Below, one piece after another: positions 24,003 through 37,369 of a stretch of 64,000 nt of DNA (the stretch's first letter is position 1; each line of letters opens with the position of its first letter). This DNA is from Octopus sinensis (taxonomy: Eukaryota). A model generated the notes under the pieces. It did not search any database. It saw only the letters and a list, made by a program, of their open reading frames with translations, and was not told where the DNA came from. The position numbers and the translations under genes are program-made. Where the stretch lies: NCBI RefSeq assembly GCF_006345805.1, contig NC_043005.1, positions 27,404,001 through 27,468,000 of the forward strand, given 5' to 3'.

Positions 24003-24319
24003 TTGTGCTTCAGAACCAGTTACTGCAACAGCCTGGGTTTCAGGGGCCCACAGTGTTTTCATATTCTCCCAAAGAGCCTGAGGAACCTGCACAAAGTAGA
24101 TGCAGGTGTTTTTAAATCCAGGCTGCACCTTTTCCTGTCGTGGGTCCCAGATGAACCTACCTCACGGCAAGAGGTGCAAATGAGGGTAGCTACATCAAAC
24201 TCCATTCTTCACCAAGTGCCACATATTGGAGGAGGCTCTCAGTAATAACAGTGTAGCAAAACAGCAGTGCATCAGCATGGCTGCAGCTTTGAGCTGAAAC
24301 TATAGCAAAAAAAAAAAAA
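24003..24319 (+). pseudogene. CR1-clade LINE ORF2 C-terminus, 3' UTR and poly(A)
   Basis: SLGFRGPQCFHILPKSLRNL..VFKSRLHLFLSWVPDEP..R.ATSNSILHQ fits the CR1-type C-terminal pattern; 13-nt poly(A) at 24307-24319. Confidence 0.75.
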
Positions 24320-24344
24320 GCTACACATATATGTATATATACAA

Positions 24345-24660
24345 GCATATATGGGTACAAGACATCAAAAAACATAGACAAAATGATAAATGAGACAGGC
24401 AACATAAAGAACATTCCTTTCATCAGTTGTCCCCTGTTTTATCTACTCCACATTTTGAGGGTAGGGACAAGACGCGACTTCAATAAAACAGTCCTTCTTG
24501 CAAAGCAAATTTAATAAAATTTGGGATTTTTTGTGGAGGGTGAAAGTGGTAACAAAATCAAGACAGTGAGAACAAAACAGCAAAAACAAATGGTGAGGGC
24601 TGTTAAACCAAGATGATGTGAAGTGGTGAATGCTGGAAAAACAAGCTTTTGGAGAGACAG
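24345..24660 (-). mobile_element. Probable Penelope-like terminal repeat fragment
   Basis: atatgggtacaagacatcaaaaaac end shared with 11038-11110 (atatgggtacaggacatcaaaaaaac); abuts a TA-rich run; class assignment is tentative. Confidence 0.35.
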
Positions 24661-24816
24661 GTAAAAAAGCACATCTTGTCTTTAGGAAGGAAGTGGAAGA
24701 AAAATATATATATAAAGAGAGAGAGAGAGAGTGAATGATGTTGATAAACACAATTAGGTTGATATATATAATTTTACATACATATATATACACGTATAGA
24801 TATATATAGGGATATA

Positions 24817-25056
24817 TTGGGTTGGTGCATAATTATTGTGGATTTTTTTCAACAAATTTTTTTCAACAAAAACAATAACAATATTTAACAAAAACATCTT
24901 TAAATGATGGTCTGACCGTCTGCCAATCATATGGGAAGCAGTAATTGAAGTAGATGGTGAATATGCTCCGGAATAATTATTTAAAGATGTTTTTGTTCCA
25001 TGTTTTTATTGAATAAAATTTGTTGAAAAAGCTGCAATAATTATGCACCAACCCAA
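24817..25056 (+). mobile_element. mariner-derived MITE (240 bp) with long TIRs
   Basis: TA|ttgggttggtgcataattattg ... caataattatgcaccaacccaa|TA (similar to Hsmar1/MADE1 ends); about 80-88 bp imperfect inverted arms; core encodes DRLPIIWEAVIEVDGEYAPE*, like mariner C-termini. Confidence 0.85.
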
Positions 25057-25638
25057 TATATAGATACAAAGACTTAATACTTTCAGAAGATAAACATATA
25101 TGTACGAATTAACATATATGTACAAATTAATTTACTTTTATATGGACTATAAAAGATACAAAAAACTAAGAGGAGAATGCATAGTTTTTGAACTCAACAG
25201 CTGTTTCTGGATTTCTCAAATAGCTACTCTTTACTCTATGGACCCAGTCCTCAATAACTGTGGAGATTAAATTCAAATCATTTGAGCACTACATGTTTTC
25301 TATAATGAGCATCTCTAGACCTCACCTTTTGACTATACACATACATACATACATACACACACATATATATATATATATATATAAAAATATATAAAGTATG
25401 AGGTTTTAGTTCACGGGTGATCTAAACGACCAAGTACACTAGGTAAGTACTGTAACAGATTACTTGGGCTCCAAGGTTATATATATGTATATGAGTGGAG
25501 AAAAGAAAGAAGGGCATTCAAACAAATTTATTGGGAGTTAAAATTCAAAATGGCTGATGACTAGCATCACACTTGAAATTCAGAGTACCAATGAATTTGA
25601 ATGAAACTGTTTTGATCCATATATACATACATACATAC

Positions 25639-25684
<46 letters not shown>

Positions 25685-26610
25685 GTACTTGGAGAATAAG
25701 AACGGAACGAAACGAACATATATCAAAACAAACACACACACACCATCTGACAGATAGATAGATGAATATGTTACACACATATTAGTGAATGCATTAATTT
25801 GATTAACAATGGTTGACCTAATTAGTAAAATAGTTTGGGCAAAATAGTGAAGTGTGTTAATGACTGAGGATGTTGACCAAATTATCAAAGTAAGGCAAAA
25901 CATCAACAACAACAACAGCAATAGCGTGGCAGCAGACTTTTAATGTGAGCGAAAGGAGTCTAAACTTTAAAATCTGTTCTTTTAGGAAAACAGCTGATGA
26001 TTTACCACAAATCCCCACCGACTCCACTCACACCATGCCAAAACTACTGCTCACCACCGCCACCACCACCACCAGTAAATGACATCATCATACCACAACT
26101 TACCAGAATCACTGCCAACTGCCTCTAAAACTTACCATTCCACATCTCTCCAGCAACACCCCACCCAAAATGTCACTAACTTTAATATCACCCTTGTCGA
26201 CCACCCCACCACCACTACCACCAATACCCACCACCACCACAATGAGACTGCAAGATTCATCAACATTTTAAATGAAATGAAATAATATAAGTGCAACCAG
26301 GCAGTTTAAAATTCCATTTAAGAACATTGACACCTCCTACTAAATGAGGTGTAGGGAGAGGATGTGGCTGAGTTCATTAACCTACACCTGTCCTACTTCA
26401 CACACACACACACACAACACTATGACCTCATAGTATATGTGCCCTAAGAAATTGTCGGTACAGTTGAGATATGCATACAAATAGGCACAGCCTATCTACA
26501 CAAACATATCTTCTTTAAACATGTACAGAGAGTTATAGACACAAACACATACACAGTGAGTTCGATGAAGGCAAGCAAGCTGAAACTTCGATGTCACTGT
26601 CAACCTTTTT

Positions 26611-27109
26611 ACTATATCTTGGAAATCCACTGGCCCAATGGCTTCCCTTCATGGCAGAATGAATAGTCAAGACTATTTAAGCATTTTATCTGATCAAATT
26701 CATCCTATGGTTGCAGAACTGTTTCCAGAGGGAAATGCAATTTTTCAGGATGATAATGCACTAATTTTCACAGCTAAAGTTGTTGCTGAATGGCACAAGG
26801 AACATTCTAGTGATGTTGAACATCTTATGTGGCCACCACAGTCCCAAGATCTCAATATTATTGATCATTTATGGTGAATTTTAGAAAAAACAAGTAAGGA
26901 GTCAATATCCTCCACCATCATCACTACTAGAACTGGAGACTGTTTTAGCTAAGACTGGACAAAAATTCCTTTGGAAACAATTCAAACTTTGTACAGGGCC
27001 ATACCCCATAGAATTGAAGCTGTAATTACTGCCAAAGGCAGTCCAACCCCATATTAATATAAATTTGTTTGAAATTTTAAGGTGTTTCCATTATTTTGTC
27101 CAACCCCTG
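26611..27109 (+). pseudogene. Tc1-like transposase 3' remnant with right TIR
   Basis: FQDDNA...WPPQSQDLNIIDHLW*...IPHRIEAVITAKGSPTPY* (stop 27055-27057), one in-frame stop and two frameshifts; TIR ggtgtttccattattttgtccaacccctg followed by TA. Confidence 0.9.
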
Positions 27110-27115
27110 TATATA

Positions 27116-27478
27116 TGGCACATAAGAAGCATTATCCAAACATGATTGATGCCAGGACCGCCTGACTGGCCCCCATGCAGTGGCACATAAAAAGCACCAT
27201 CTGAACGTGGCCGCTGCCAGTACCCCAACTGGCTTCTGTGCTAGTGGCACGTAAAAAGCATATCTGAACGTGATCGATACCAGGCTCGCCTGACTGGCTC
27301 CTGTGCCAGTGGCACATAAAAAGCACCCACTACACTCTCAGAGTGGTTGGCATTAGGAAGGGCATCCAGCTGTAGAAACAGATTGCCAGACCAGATTGGA
27401 GCCTGGTGCAGCTGCTGGCTCTCCAGACGTAGTCAAACCATCCAACCCTTGCCTGCATGGAAAACAGATGTTAAACAA
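27116..27478 (+). mobile_element. RTE 3'-UTR copy (family C) with four hairpin-bearing units
   Basis: tggcac(a/g)taaaaagca units at about 27117, 27176, 27238 and 27303, then gagtggttggcattaggaagggcatccagc. Confidence 0.85.
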
Positions 27479-28081
27479 TCACATATACACATATATAAAC
27501 AGAGAGAGAGAGAGAGAGAGAGAGAGCCATAGATGAGATGTGCGTGTGTGTGTGAGACCATTGTTGTTTTACATCCACTTTCTATGCTGGCATGGGTTGG
27601 TCAAGTTGCTTACAGTCTCATTCAGTTCTTATTTAAGAGTTGAGAGCCTTTCTAGTCTTGCTCCTTTCAAACGATGTTTGGTGGGAGGAGGATTTTGGGG
27701 GTGAAATGATGGGTGGGGGTGTCAACTGTGTAGGTGTGGGAGTTGTCGGAGGTGACAGCAAGCAGGTGGTAGATGCGTAGAAAGAAGAGTTTGAGGGATC
27801 AAACACCACCAGAATTAGTATCAACAATAACAAAATCTACAACAACAGTATTAACAGCACCAGAACTAATTCAAGTGATTTTACAGTTATTACATGTGAA
27901 AATAGTCTGCAGTTAATTAAAAACCTTAATGATGTTTTGTTTACAAAGAAAAAAATAATATTGTGATTAATTAAGTTATAAATCGCTGAAACACACATAA
28001 CCGTCAAATATGCTACAATTATTACGCAATTCCTTTCTACTCTTATGAGAATAGAAGTTCAACGAAGGCATTATTACTATT

Positions 28082-28271
28082 AAGGTGGTGAGCTGGCAGA
28101 AATGTTAGCATGCCAGGCGAAATGCTTAGCGGTATTTCATCTGTCATTAAGTTTTGAGTTTGCTTTTTCTTCCTCTGGGGTCAATGAAAAAATGTAGCAG
28201 TCAAGTACTGAAGCTGATGATATTAAACCCATCTCCCCAAAATTTCTATCCTTGTACCAAAATTAAAAACA

Positions 28272-28302
<31 letters not shown>

Positions 28303-28303
28303 T

Positions 28304-28335
<32 letters not shown>

Positions 28336-28766
28336 CTAAGGAGGCAAACTGGCAGAAACGTTAGCATGCCAGGCAAAATGCTTAGCAGTATTTCATCTGT
28401 CCTTATGTTTTGAGTTCAAATTCTGCCGAGGTCAACTTTGCCTTTAATCATTTCGGGGTCAATAAATTTAGTACCAGTTGTGTACTGGGGTCGATCTAAT
28501 TGACTGGCCCCTTCCTCAAAAAATTTAAGGCCTTGTACCTAGAGTAGAAAAGAATATTTCTTCATGGCAGCGAGCTGGCAGAATCGTTAGTATGTCGGGC
28601 AAAATGCTCAGTCTGTCTTTATGTTCCGAGTTCAAATTCTGCCATGGTCAACTTTACCTTTCATCCTTTCAGGGTCAATGAAACAAGTACCAGTGAAACA
28701 CTTGGGTCGATGTAATCAACTCGTCTCCTCCCCAAAACTGTTGCCCTTGTGGCAAAATTTGAAACC
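28082..28766 (+). mobile_element. Cluster of three tandem SINE family B copies
   Basis: Copies at about 28082-28265, 28338-28555 and 28566-28766 separated by (TGT/TGC/TAT)n. Confidence 0.9.
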
Positions 28767-29209
28767 ATTATTATCATTATTGTTGTTGTTGCTGTAGCAT
28801 CGAGGCAAGGATTAGAACGTGGAAAGAAAAAAATTTTTTAATGCGGTAACTGTGTATTTAGGTTTAAGTTCTGAGTTCAAATCCATCACCCTGCTCATGG
28901 CTGTGATACAGCACACCATACCACACTTTGGTACCTACCTACAACTACACACATTGGACTGTTGACAACCAACCATGTTTTTGTAGAATTTCACAGGCCT
29001 TATGCCTTTACAGGAACAATGCAACCAGAAGATTAGTGGGAGGGGGGGGTAGACAAGGATACTGACTGTCTGTATGGTAGTTTCCACAAGCATAAATTTC
29101 ACTTAATTAGCAAATTAGTGCATACTAATTATGTCAGTTAATTTAAGAAAATAGACTTCAAATAGATTAAGTATGACAGACTAGAAAAGGAAACAAAGAG
29201 GCATACACA

Positions 29210-29318
<109 letters not shown>

Positions 29319-29907
29319 CTTCAAGGCAGTGCTCAGCACGGCCGCAGTCCAATGACTGAAACAAGTAAAAGAATCAAAGAATATACACACACACACAAAA
29401 TCAAAGCCAATGAATGAGTATGGCCTGGGGACATGTAAAATGCTTTTGTTTTTTGTTTGAGGTGCTTGTGTAGTCGCTAATAGATACAGTCACCGTCATG
29501 ACACTGCTGCACAGCTCAGGAATTGAACCCATGCTTTTGATTATGAGCTGAACACTAACCACTTAGCCACATGCCATGCCACACGCTCACAGATACTTCT
29601 AGATACACATCAACACACACACACACACACACACAGATATTCATAAATATCTACAATCACCTACGTACATAAACACAGACATATGTAGTCATGTATATTG
29701 ACACCTCTATAAATATAAACACACATGGATATACATGCAGGCCACAGATTGAAATTAAATTCTAACCAGGTCACTGGACACCATCAAAACATGTCAGCTA
29801 TTGTTGTAATTGGCTGTAATGAAGTGAGTCAATTACTGTTTCATTTGCGTTACATCCATTTCTGTATGCTGTTATGGGTTAGATGAATGCGTTATTAAGG
29901 CATTAAG

Positions 29908-30055
29908 CACCCACTACACTTTCGGAGAAACACTGCCAGATCAGATTGGGGCCTGGTGCAGCCTCCTGGCTTCCCAGACCCCAGTCAAACCGTCCAACCC
30001 ATGCCAGCATGGAAAACGGACGTTAAACAATGATGATGGTGATGATGATGATGAA
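29908..30055 (+). mobile_element. RTE 3'-UTR copy with internal deletion
   Basis: cacccactacactttcggag joined to aaacactgccagatcag...catggaaaacggacgttaaacaatgatgat. Confidence 0.85.
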
Positions 30056-31096
30056 GCTCTTCCTGAGGTTAATCCTTACCTGATTTTCAAATGAGGGATC
30101 TCTTATTCCACACACCTTTTAAGGCACAAAGCGAGCAGACAAGTTACTGACAGGAGAAGTGACAACAACACTGCCCAAACATTAGAATGAACACAGATAT
30201 AAACACACACACACAGAACAGGCTTCTTTTCAGTTTCCCTCTAACCCACTCACAGGGCTTTGGTTGGCTTGGGTCTGGCTATAGCAAAATACATTTGCCC
30301 AAGGTGGCTAGCAGTGGGACTGAACCTGAGCCTTGAAGCTACATGGTTAGGAAGTGAGCCTATCCTTTCAGTTTCTGTCTACCAAACTCACAAGACTTTC
30401 AATGGATAGAGTTATAGTTAGAAGACATTTGCCAAAGGTACTGCATGGTGGAGCTAAATCTGAGACCACATGGTTGGGTAACCAGCTTCTCAGCTAATGC
30501 AATACACATGTCTGTGTAGACACAATGGTTGACAACAACACAACCCAGCTTTGAGGACAACAGCCATACAACCAACAAACAACAGCAAACAACACCGCCA
30601 TGACCACCACCACCACCAGTTCTAAAATGCTGAAGCAAGCAACAAAGGAAACAAGATACAAGAAGAGACTTTCACAGTATACATTGTTCTAATATAATAG
30701 GTGCGTAAGTAGGGAGGTAGACTTGAAACTGGATACTGGCCGATTGAATTACAGTCTTTTCTTTATTACTTATTAAACAGAGTGGCATCACCCAATCAGA
30801 GGCAAACATTGAAACAAACAAGGGACAGGGATCAAAAGATACTGAAATTTAAACTGAAAAAGAAAAGAAAAGACCCAGGTCATTCTGGGAATTCAGACAT
30901 CAACATCCATTCATCTACACACACACACAATGGTGAGAGTACCCAACACAAGAGATAGAGTATATAATTTATTAAATCTGCCCAAATTGGAAACTAATTT
31001 GTTTGGTATCCTGGGCTTCATGAAACTCAGAGTGCAAAAGTTAGTTTAGTCAACACATCTAGTGTGTGTGTGTGTGTATGTGTGTATATATATATA

Positions 31097-31147
<51 letters not shown>

Positions 31148-31250
31148 TCAATGACCTTTCATATAATTTCCATCCATTACAAATAGTATTGGCCAGCCCC
31201 AGATTACAAATTGACTCTCTCTCTCTCTGTCTCTCTCTCTCACAGACACA

Positions 31251-31290
<40 letters not shown>

Positions 31291-31480
31291 CACATACATA
31301 CTGTACACCCATATATAAATATGCACGGCATACCTAACATGTGTATACGTGTATGTACTCAATATATGTATATATATATTCACACACACACATACTATAT
31401 ATATATATATATATACACACACACATAAATACATATGCACAGGCTTCTATACAAATGCAAACATCCCTACAGAGATGCAT

Positions 31481-31547
<67 letters not shown>

Positions 31548-31930
31548 AAGGAAAACATGGGAAGAGGCAATGCACTTGAATATCAAGTTGTGGGCGTCAA
31601 ATAAGAGATGATGCAGAACAAAGGAAGAGAGAAAGAGTGAGACAGACAGACAGATAGGAGGAAGGGTGATGTGCTGTACTGTGTACTAAAGATCTGTCCA
31701 ACCCATCAATGCCAGCTGAGGTAAACAACACACAATCAGAAGAAATGGTGATGAGGATGATGATGATGATGGTGGTGATGATGTTGAAGAAGACAATGAT
31801 GATGTTTGCTGTTCACAGAATGTAGAGACATACAAGTAATTAACACAGGATAGTAAGAGATAGTAATTATATGACAAAACATTCTGTAAGAGTTTTATTT
31901 ACTCTAAAACCCTCTATATACCTATACCCC

Positions 31931-31964
<34 letters not shown>

Positions 31965-32213
31965 GTCTGTCTTTCTATGTATCTATCTGTGTGTGTGTGT
32001 GTGTGCACATACATGCATATACATAAACGAGAGCTTCCCAGCATGTGGATAGTATTAGACGATATAACCACTAATTAAACATCATTTAATCAAAATGGTT
32101 TTTAATTTCATTGGTAAAACAAAGTGAGTGGCTCGTTAAGTCATTCTAATGCAGTGTTGACTATTGTGTGGGAGGCGACGGGGGAGGGAAGCAGACAATT
32201 ATTTTACACACAA

Positions 32214-32244
<31 letters not shown>

Positions 32245-32963
32245 GAGGAACAGAATGAAAGATAAGGTTTAAATACACGTATATTTATATATACGCATGT
32301 AAGTTTATAAACTAGACGCATAATCTGAAATGAAAGTTTGTAAACTACAGAGACAGACAGACAGACAGATAAATAGAATGAAATGTAAGTGTGAAATATA
32401 TTTTTAAATATATATGTTTGTAAACTAAATACACACACACTCACGCAATGTATGTATGTGTGTATGTATGTATGTATGTAACCACTTTGGAAAACAATGC
32501 AGATCATGATAGCTGGAATGGAAGAAATACAAAAGAACAAGGAAGTTGATGATGATGATGATGATGATGATGACGACAGGGAGGATTATGATGACAACGA
32601 TGATGATGCTGATGAAGAGGAAAAGGAGGAGAAGGAGGGGGATAAGAGGAGAGGAAATGAAAAAGAAAATAGTTTCACAGTCACATGTTAGAAGTGTGTC
32701 TGTGTGTGGGGGTGGGTGGGGAGGTGGTAATGTATGAAAGGAAAAATCAATCTTAAGAAGAAGAAGAAGAACAACAACAACAACAAGCAGGGATAATAAA
32801 ACCAGTCAACAATTTTGAAAATGACAAATACATGAATAATGAATAATGTGGTGGGAGGTGGGCGAGGGTGGGTTTGGAAAACCAGCAACAATGACAGTGT
32901 TGAAGAAATGAAAAAGAAAAAGGATGAAGAGTTAAGACAAGTTGAAATGTGATGGATAAAAAG

Positions 32964-32967
<4 letters not shown>

Positions 32968-33008
<41 letters not shown>

Positions 33009-33595
33009 TATATACATATATATATACTACACACATAATATATATATACATCATATATATCTATATAGATATATACACCCACATATATATATATATATAC
33101 ATACAATTATATATACCATATATATATACAACTACCATATATATTATACATATATATATACATCACATACACTAATATATAAATCTATATATACATCCCA
33201 TATATATATACTACCCATACTATATATACATATATATATACATACATTATATATAACATATATATATACATACATAATATTACATACATATATATATATA
33301 CACATATATAATATACACACATATATATATAAATACATACATCATACATATATATCACATAATATATATATACATACATACATATATATACTATACACAT
33401 ATATATATATACATACATATATATACCATTAATATATACATACATATTATATATACACACATATATATATATACTAATATATATATATACATACATACAG
33501 TATATCATATATACATACATACAATATATTATATTACACATATATATTATACACACATATATATATAAATACAGTACATTACATACATATATATC

Positions 33596-33626
<31 letters not shown>

Positions 33627-33646
33627 CATACATACATATATATACA

Positions 33647-33679
<33 letters not shown>

Positions 33680-34268
33680 ATATATATATATATACACACA
33701 ATATATATATATATACATAACATATATATATACATATATATATACATACATAATATATATTATATACATATATATATACTACATACATATATATATACAA
33801 TATATATACATACATATATATATATACAATATATATTCTATACATATATATACTACATATATATATACTATATATATAACTACATATATATATACATACA
33901 TATATATATTACACAATATATATATATACACACATATATATATAAATACATACATACATACATAATATACATACATATATATATACATACATAATATATA
34001 TATATACACATATTATATATACTACATATATTATATACATATAATATACATACATATATATATATACACACATATATATATATACATACATATATATATA
34101 TACATACATACAATATAATATATACATACATACTATATATATATATACATATACATATATATATATACACATATATATATATACACACACTATATAAATA
34201 CATACATACATACATATATATACATACATATATCTACATACATATATATATACATACATAAAATATAC

Positions 34269-34307
<39 letters not shown>

Positions 34308-34331
34308 CACATACATATATATATACATACA

Positions 34332-34365
<34 letters not shown>

Positions 34366-34427
34366 CATACATATATATACATACATATAATACATACTAT
34401 ATATATTACATACATATATATATATAC

Positions 34428-34458
<31 letters not shown>

Positions 34459-34530
34459 CAATATATATATATATACATATATATATATACACATATATAT
34501 ATATATACATATATATATATAGATAGATGA
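32968..34530. repeat. About 1.55 kb imperfect (TA)/(TACA)/(TATACA) array
   Basis: Nearly continuous alternating A/T with interspersed C and almost no G on the plus strand. Confidence 0.95.
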
Positions 34531-34702
34531 TAGATAGACATAGATGTAGACATGTGCATACACATACATATATACACACCTGCACGCAAATACAAATGTG
34601 CATGATGTATATAAGTACGTAAATAGATTAGTTGGTAAACATGTGGGTGTGTTTGCATGCATCAGTGTGCATATATGCGTGAGTGATTGGTGTGTGTGCA
34701 TA

Positions 34703-34736
<34 letters not shown>

Positions 34737-34904
34737 TGGCTATACGAGTGCTAATTATAGTTAGAATAATATTGGTAGATGGAAAGTGGAGTGGAGTGGA
34801 GTGGGGTGGAGTGGAGTGGAGTGGAGGGGGGGTGAGGTGGGGAGGGAGGGAGGAAGGAAGGAAGGGGGTGGAGGGCGAGGTCAAAATGAATGACAAGAAC
34901 TATT

Positions 34905-34942
<38 letters not shown>

Positions 34943-35729
34943 GGTAGTAGTAGTGGTGGTAGTAGTAGTAGCAGCAGTAGCGGCGAATGCAGTTTCTGAG
35001 TGCTCCACCTGTCCGTCAGACTGGCTGTCTGCCTGCCTGCTTGCCCATCCCCCCCTCCCTCCACCTGCTTTTTCTTTACCATGCAATGATGATGATGACG
35101 ATGATGATGATTATCAATATCATCATCATCATCATCATCATCATAATTACAGAATAAAGTAAACACCATCCTCATCAAACTAGCTAAAATTCTGCAAGAC
35201 AGGCGAACACACAGACACAAAAGCTGGCTACCTGTGCAGTGTACCGCGTAACCTCGCTACACACACACATACACACACACACACACATCTCAGTTTATAT
35301 GATATTCAGCAGAAAGTTTTAACGAGCAATGCACCTCAACCTCCCCACCTCGCACTACTACTACAACCACCACCACCACCACTAATATCCTTACCATATC
35401 AGCTACTCCCTTTTACTTACTACTCTGCTTGCCTGACCGCCTGCACCACATCGCTGAACGTAAAACCATTGTAATTTAAAGTCACAGGCAAAAAAAAAAA
35501 AAACAGAAACAACAGCTGCATGTGGTAGTTAATGTTACATACAATCACATGTAGAACGGCCTCTCTGCGTGTATGCGCATGTAGGTGGACGGTTGTTGCT
35601 GTTGTTGTGTGCACGGTAGCTATGTATACAGTCACATGTACAAAAAGGCTGTATGCTTGCAACAAAAGGGTTACTGTATGTGTGTACATACATGTATATA
35701 TGTGTGCATGTGTACATATAAGTATCTGC

Positions 35730-35805
<76 letters not shown>

Positions 35806-35819
35806 GCACATACTTTTAT

Positions 35820-36022
35820 TCTTTTGTTTGTCGTTAAGACTGCGGCCATGCTGGAGCGCTACCTTTAGTCGAACAAATCGACCTCAGGACTTAATTCTTT
35901 GGTAGCCTAGTACTTATTCGATCGGTCACTTTTGCCGAACTGCTAAGTTACGGGGACGTAAACACACCAGCATCGGTTGTCAAGCGATGGTGAGAGGACA
36001 AACACACACACACACACACATA

Positions 36023-36084
<62 letters not shown>

Positions 36085-36211
36085 GACTCATAAGGCTTTG
36101 GTCGGCTCGTGTCTATAGCAGAAGACACTTACCTAAGGTGTCACGCAGTGAGACTGAACCCGGAACCATGTGGCTGGTGAGCAAGCTACTTACCACACAC
36201 CCACTCCTGCG

Positions 36212-36213
<2 letters not shown>
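35820..36213 (-). mobile_element. SINE family A, full length with internal deletion and expanded (TA)n
   Basis: gactgcggccatgctggagcgctacc ... ccactcctgcgcct. Confidence 0.9.
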
Positions 36214-36261
<48 letters not shown>

Positions 36262-36947
36262 TATATATATATATAAACACACACATACACAAATATATAT
36301 GTATATATTTACACAATCGTACACACCTTTGTGTATTCATGTGCACACACGTATGCATTTAAATGTATGTACATATTTATGCATTTATGAGTAACTACAG
36401 ACATTGTGAGTTCATATGCAGGTGTGTACAACCACACCTTGTGTGCATGTGTGCGTGTATGTGTTCGTGTGTTTAACTCCAGATTGTATGTTTAGAGATG
36501 TTAGAATGTATGCCAGGCTTTGCAGAAATAAATTGAAGCCAGTTCCGAGCAATCTGTTTTACCTGTAAATATTGTAAACATGTTTAATAATAAAACTCCA
36601 GACTAGATTCTTCACTTCACACTTCAGGTGAACTGGAAGAGTCGCTAGGGAATTAGTTTATACACCTGGCAGACGTTGAATGATGATTATGATCACCTGT
36701 AGGGTTGTTGTTGTTGTTGTTATTATTTAGCCCCGGGCCAGTACTGATTGAGCAGATCTATGACCAAGAACCTTCAGTTGTGACTATTCCATCTATTTCC
36801 TATATACAGGTAAGCGAGGAGCAGGGTAAGATTTGATGAAGATTTGGCAGCTATTTCTAGCAGATCAAACAATGGCACAACAACTCTCATTTGCATGAAC
36901 CCCCCCTTTTTTTTTTGCGGTGCCTTTATATTCTTTGGCTCAAATTA

Positions 36948-37080
36948 CACCAAAGGTTTTGGTCGGCCTGAGGCTATAGTGGAAGACATTTGCCCAAGGT
37001 GCCATGCCATGTAGTGGGACTGAACCCGGAACCATGTGGTTGGTAAGCAAGCTACTTACCACACAGCCACTCCTGCACCT
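36948..37080 (-). mobile_element. SINE family A, 5' half only
   Basis: ggtcggcctgaggctatag...gaacccggaaccatgtggttggtaagcaagctacttaccacacagccactcc. Confidence 0.85.
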
Positions 37081-37369
37081 AATTTTATTAAAACTATTAC
37101 CATATTTGATGACATAAAAGACACAGGGGCAATTTCAGCAGTACATATTCACAATATCAAAAAAAAAAGTTAGGTGTGTGTGTGTGTGTGTGTGTGTGAA
37201 TTAATGCTTACAAGAGTTCCAACTGCATAGAGGGCATCAGGTTACATTTTTGATACTTTTGTAAAATAAGAGTACCTTATATGCCATTAATTACTGTAAT
37301 TGAAATTCTATACCAATTAATGGCTGCATCATTAAACGTTTCTATTTCTATGACTTATACTATACACTT

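Noticed and set aside
24400-24470. ctgatga on the minus strand as another hammerhead
   Set aside because: No pairing stem II or correctly placed GAAA could be drawn; the same applies to ctgaagag at about 53565 and ctgatgag at about 41653
33144-34896. Long ORFs (up to 249 aa) rich in Y/I/C/M/V
   Set aside because: They are translations of TA/CA microsatellite arrays with no real coding signal; the same applies to 55670-58771 and most other ORF-track entries
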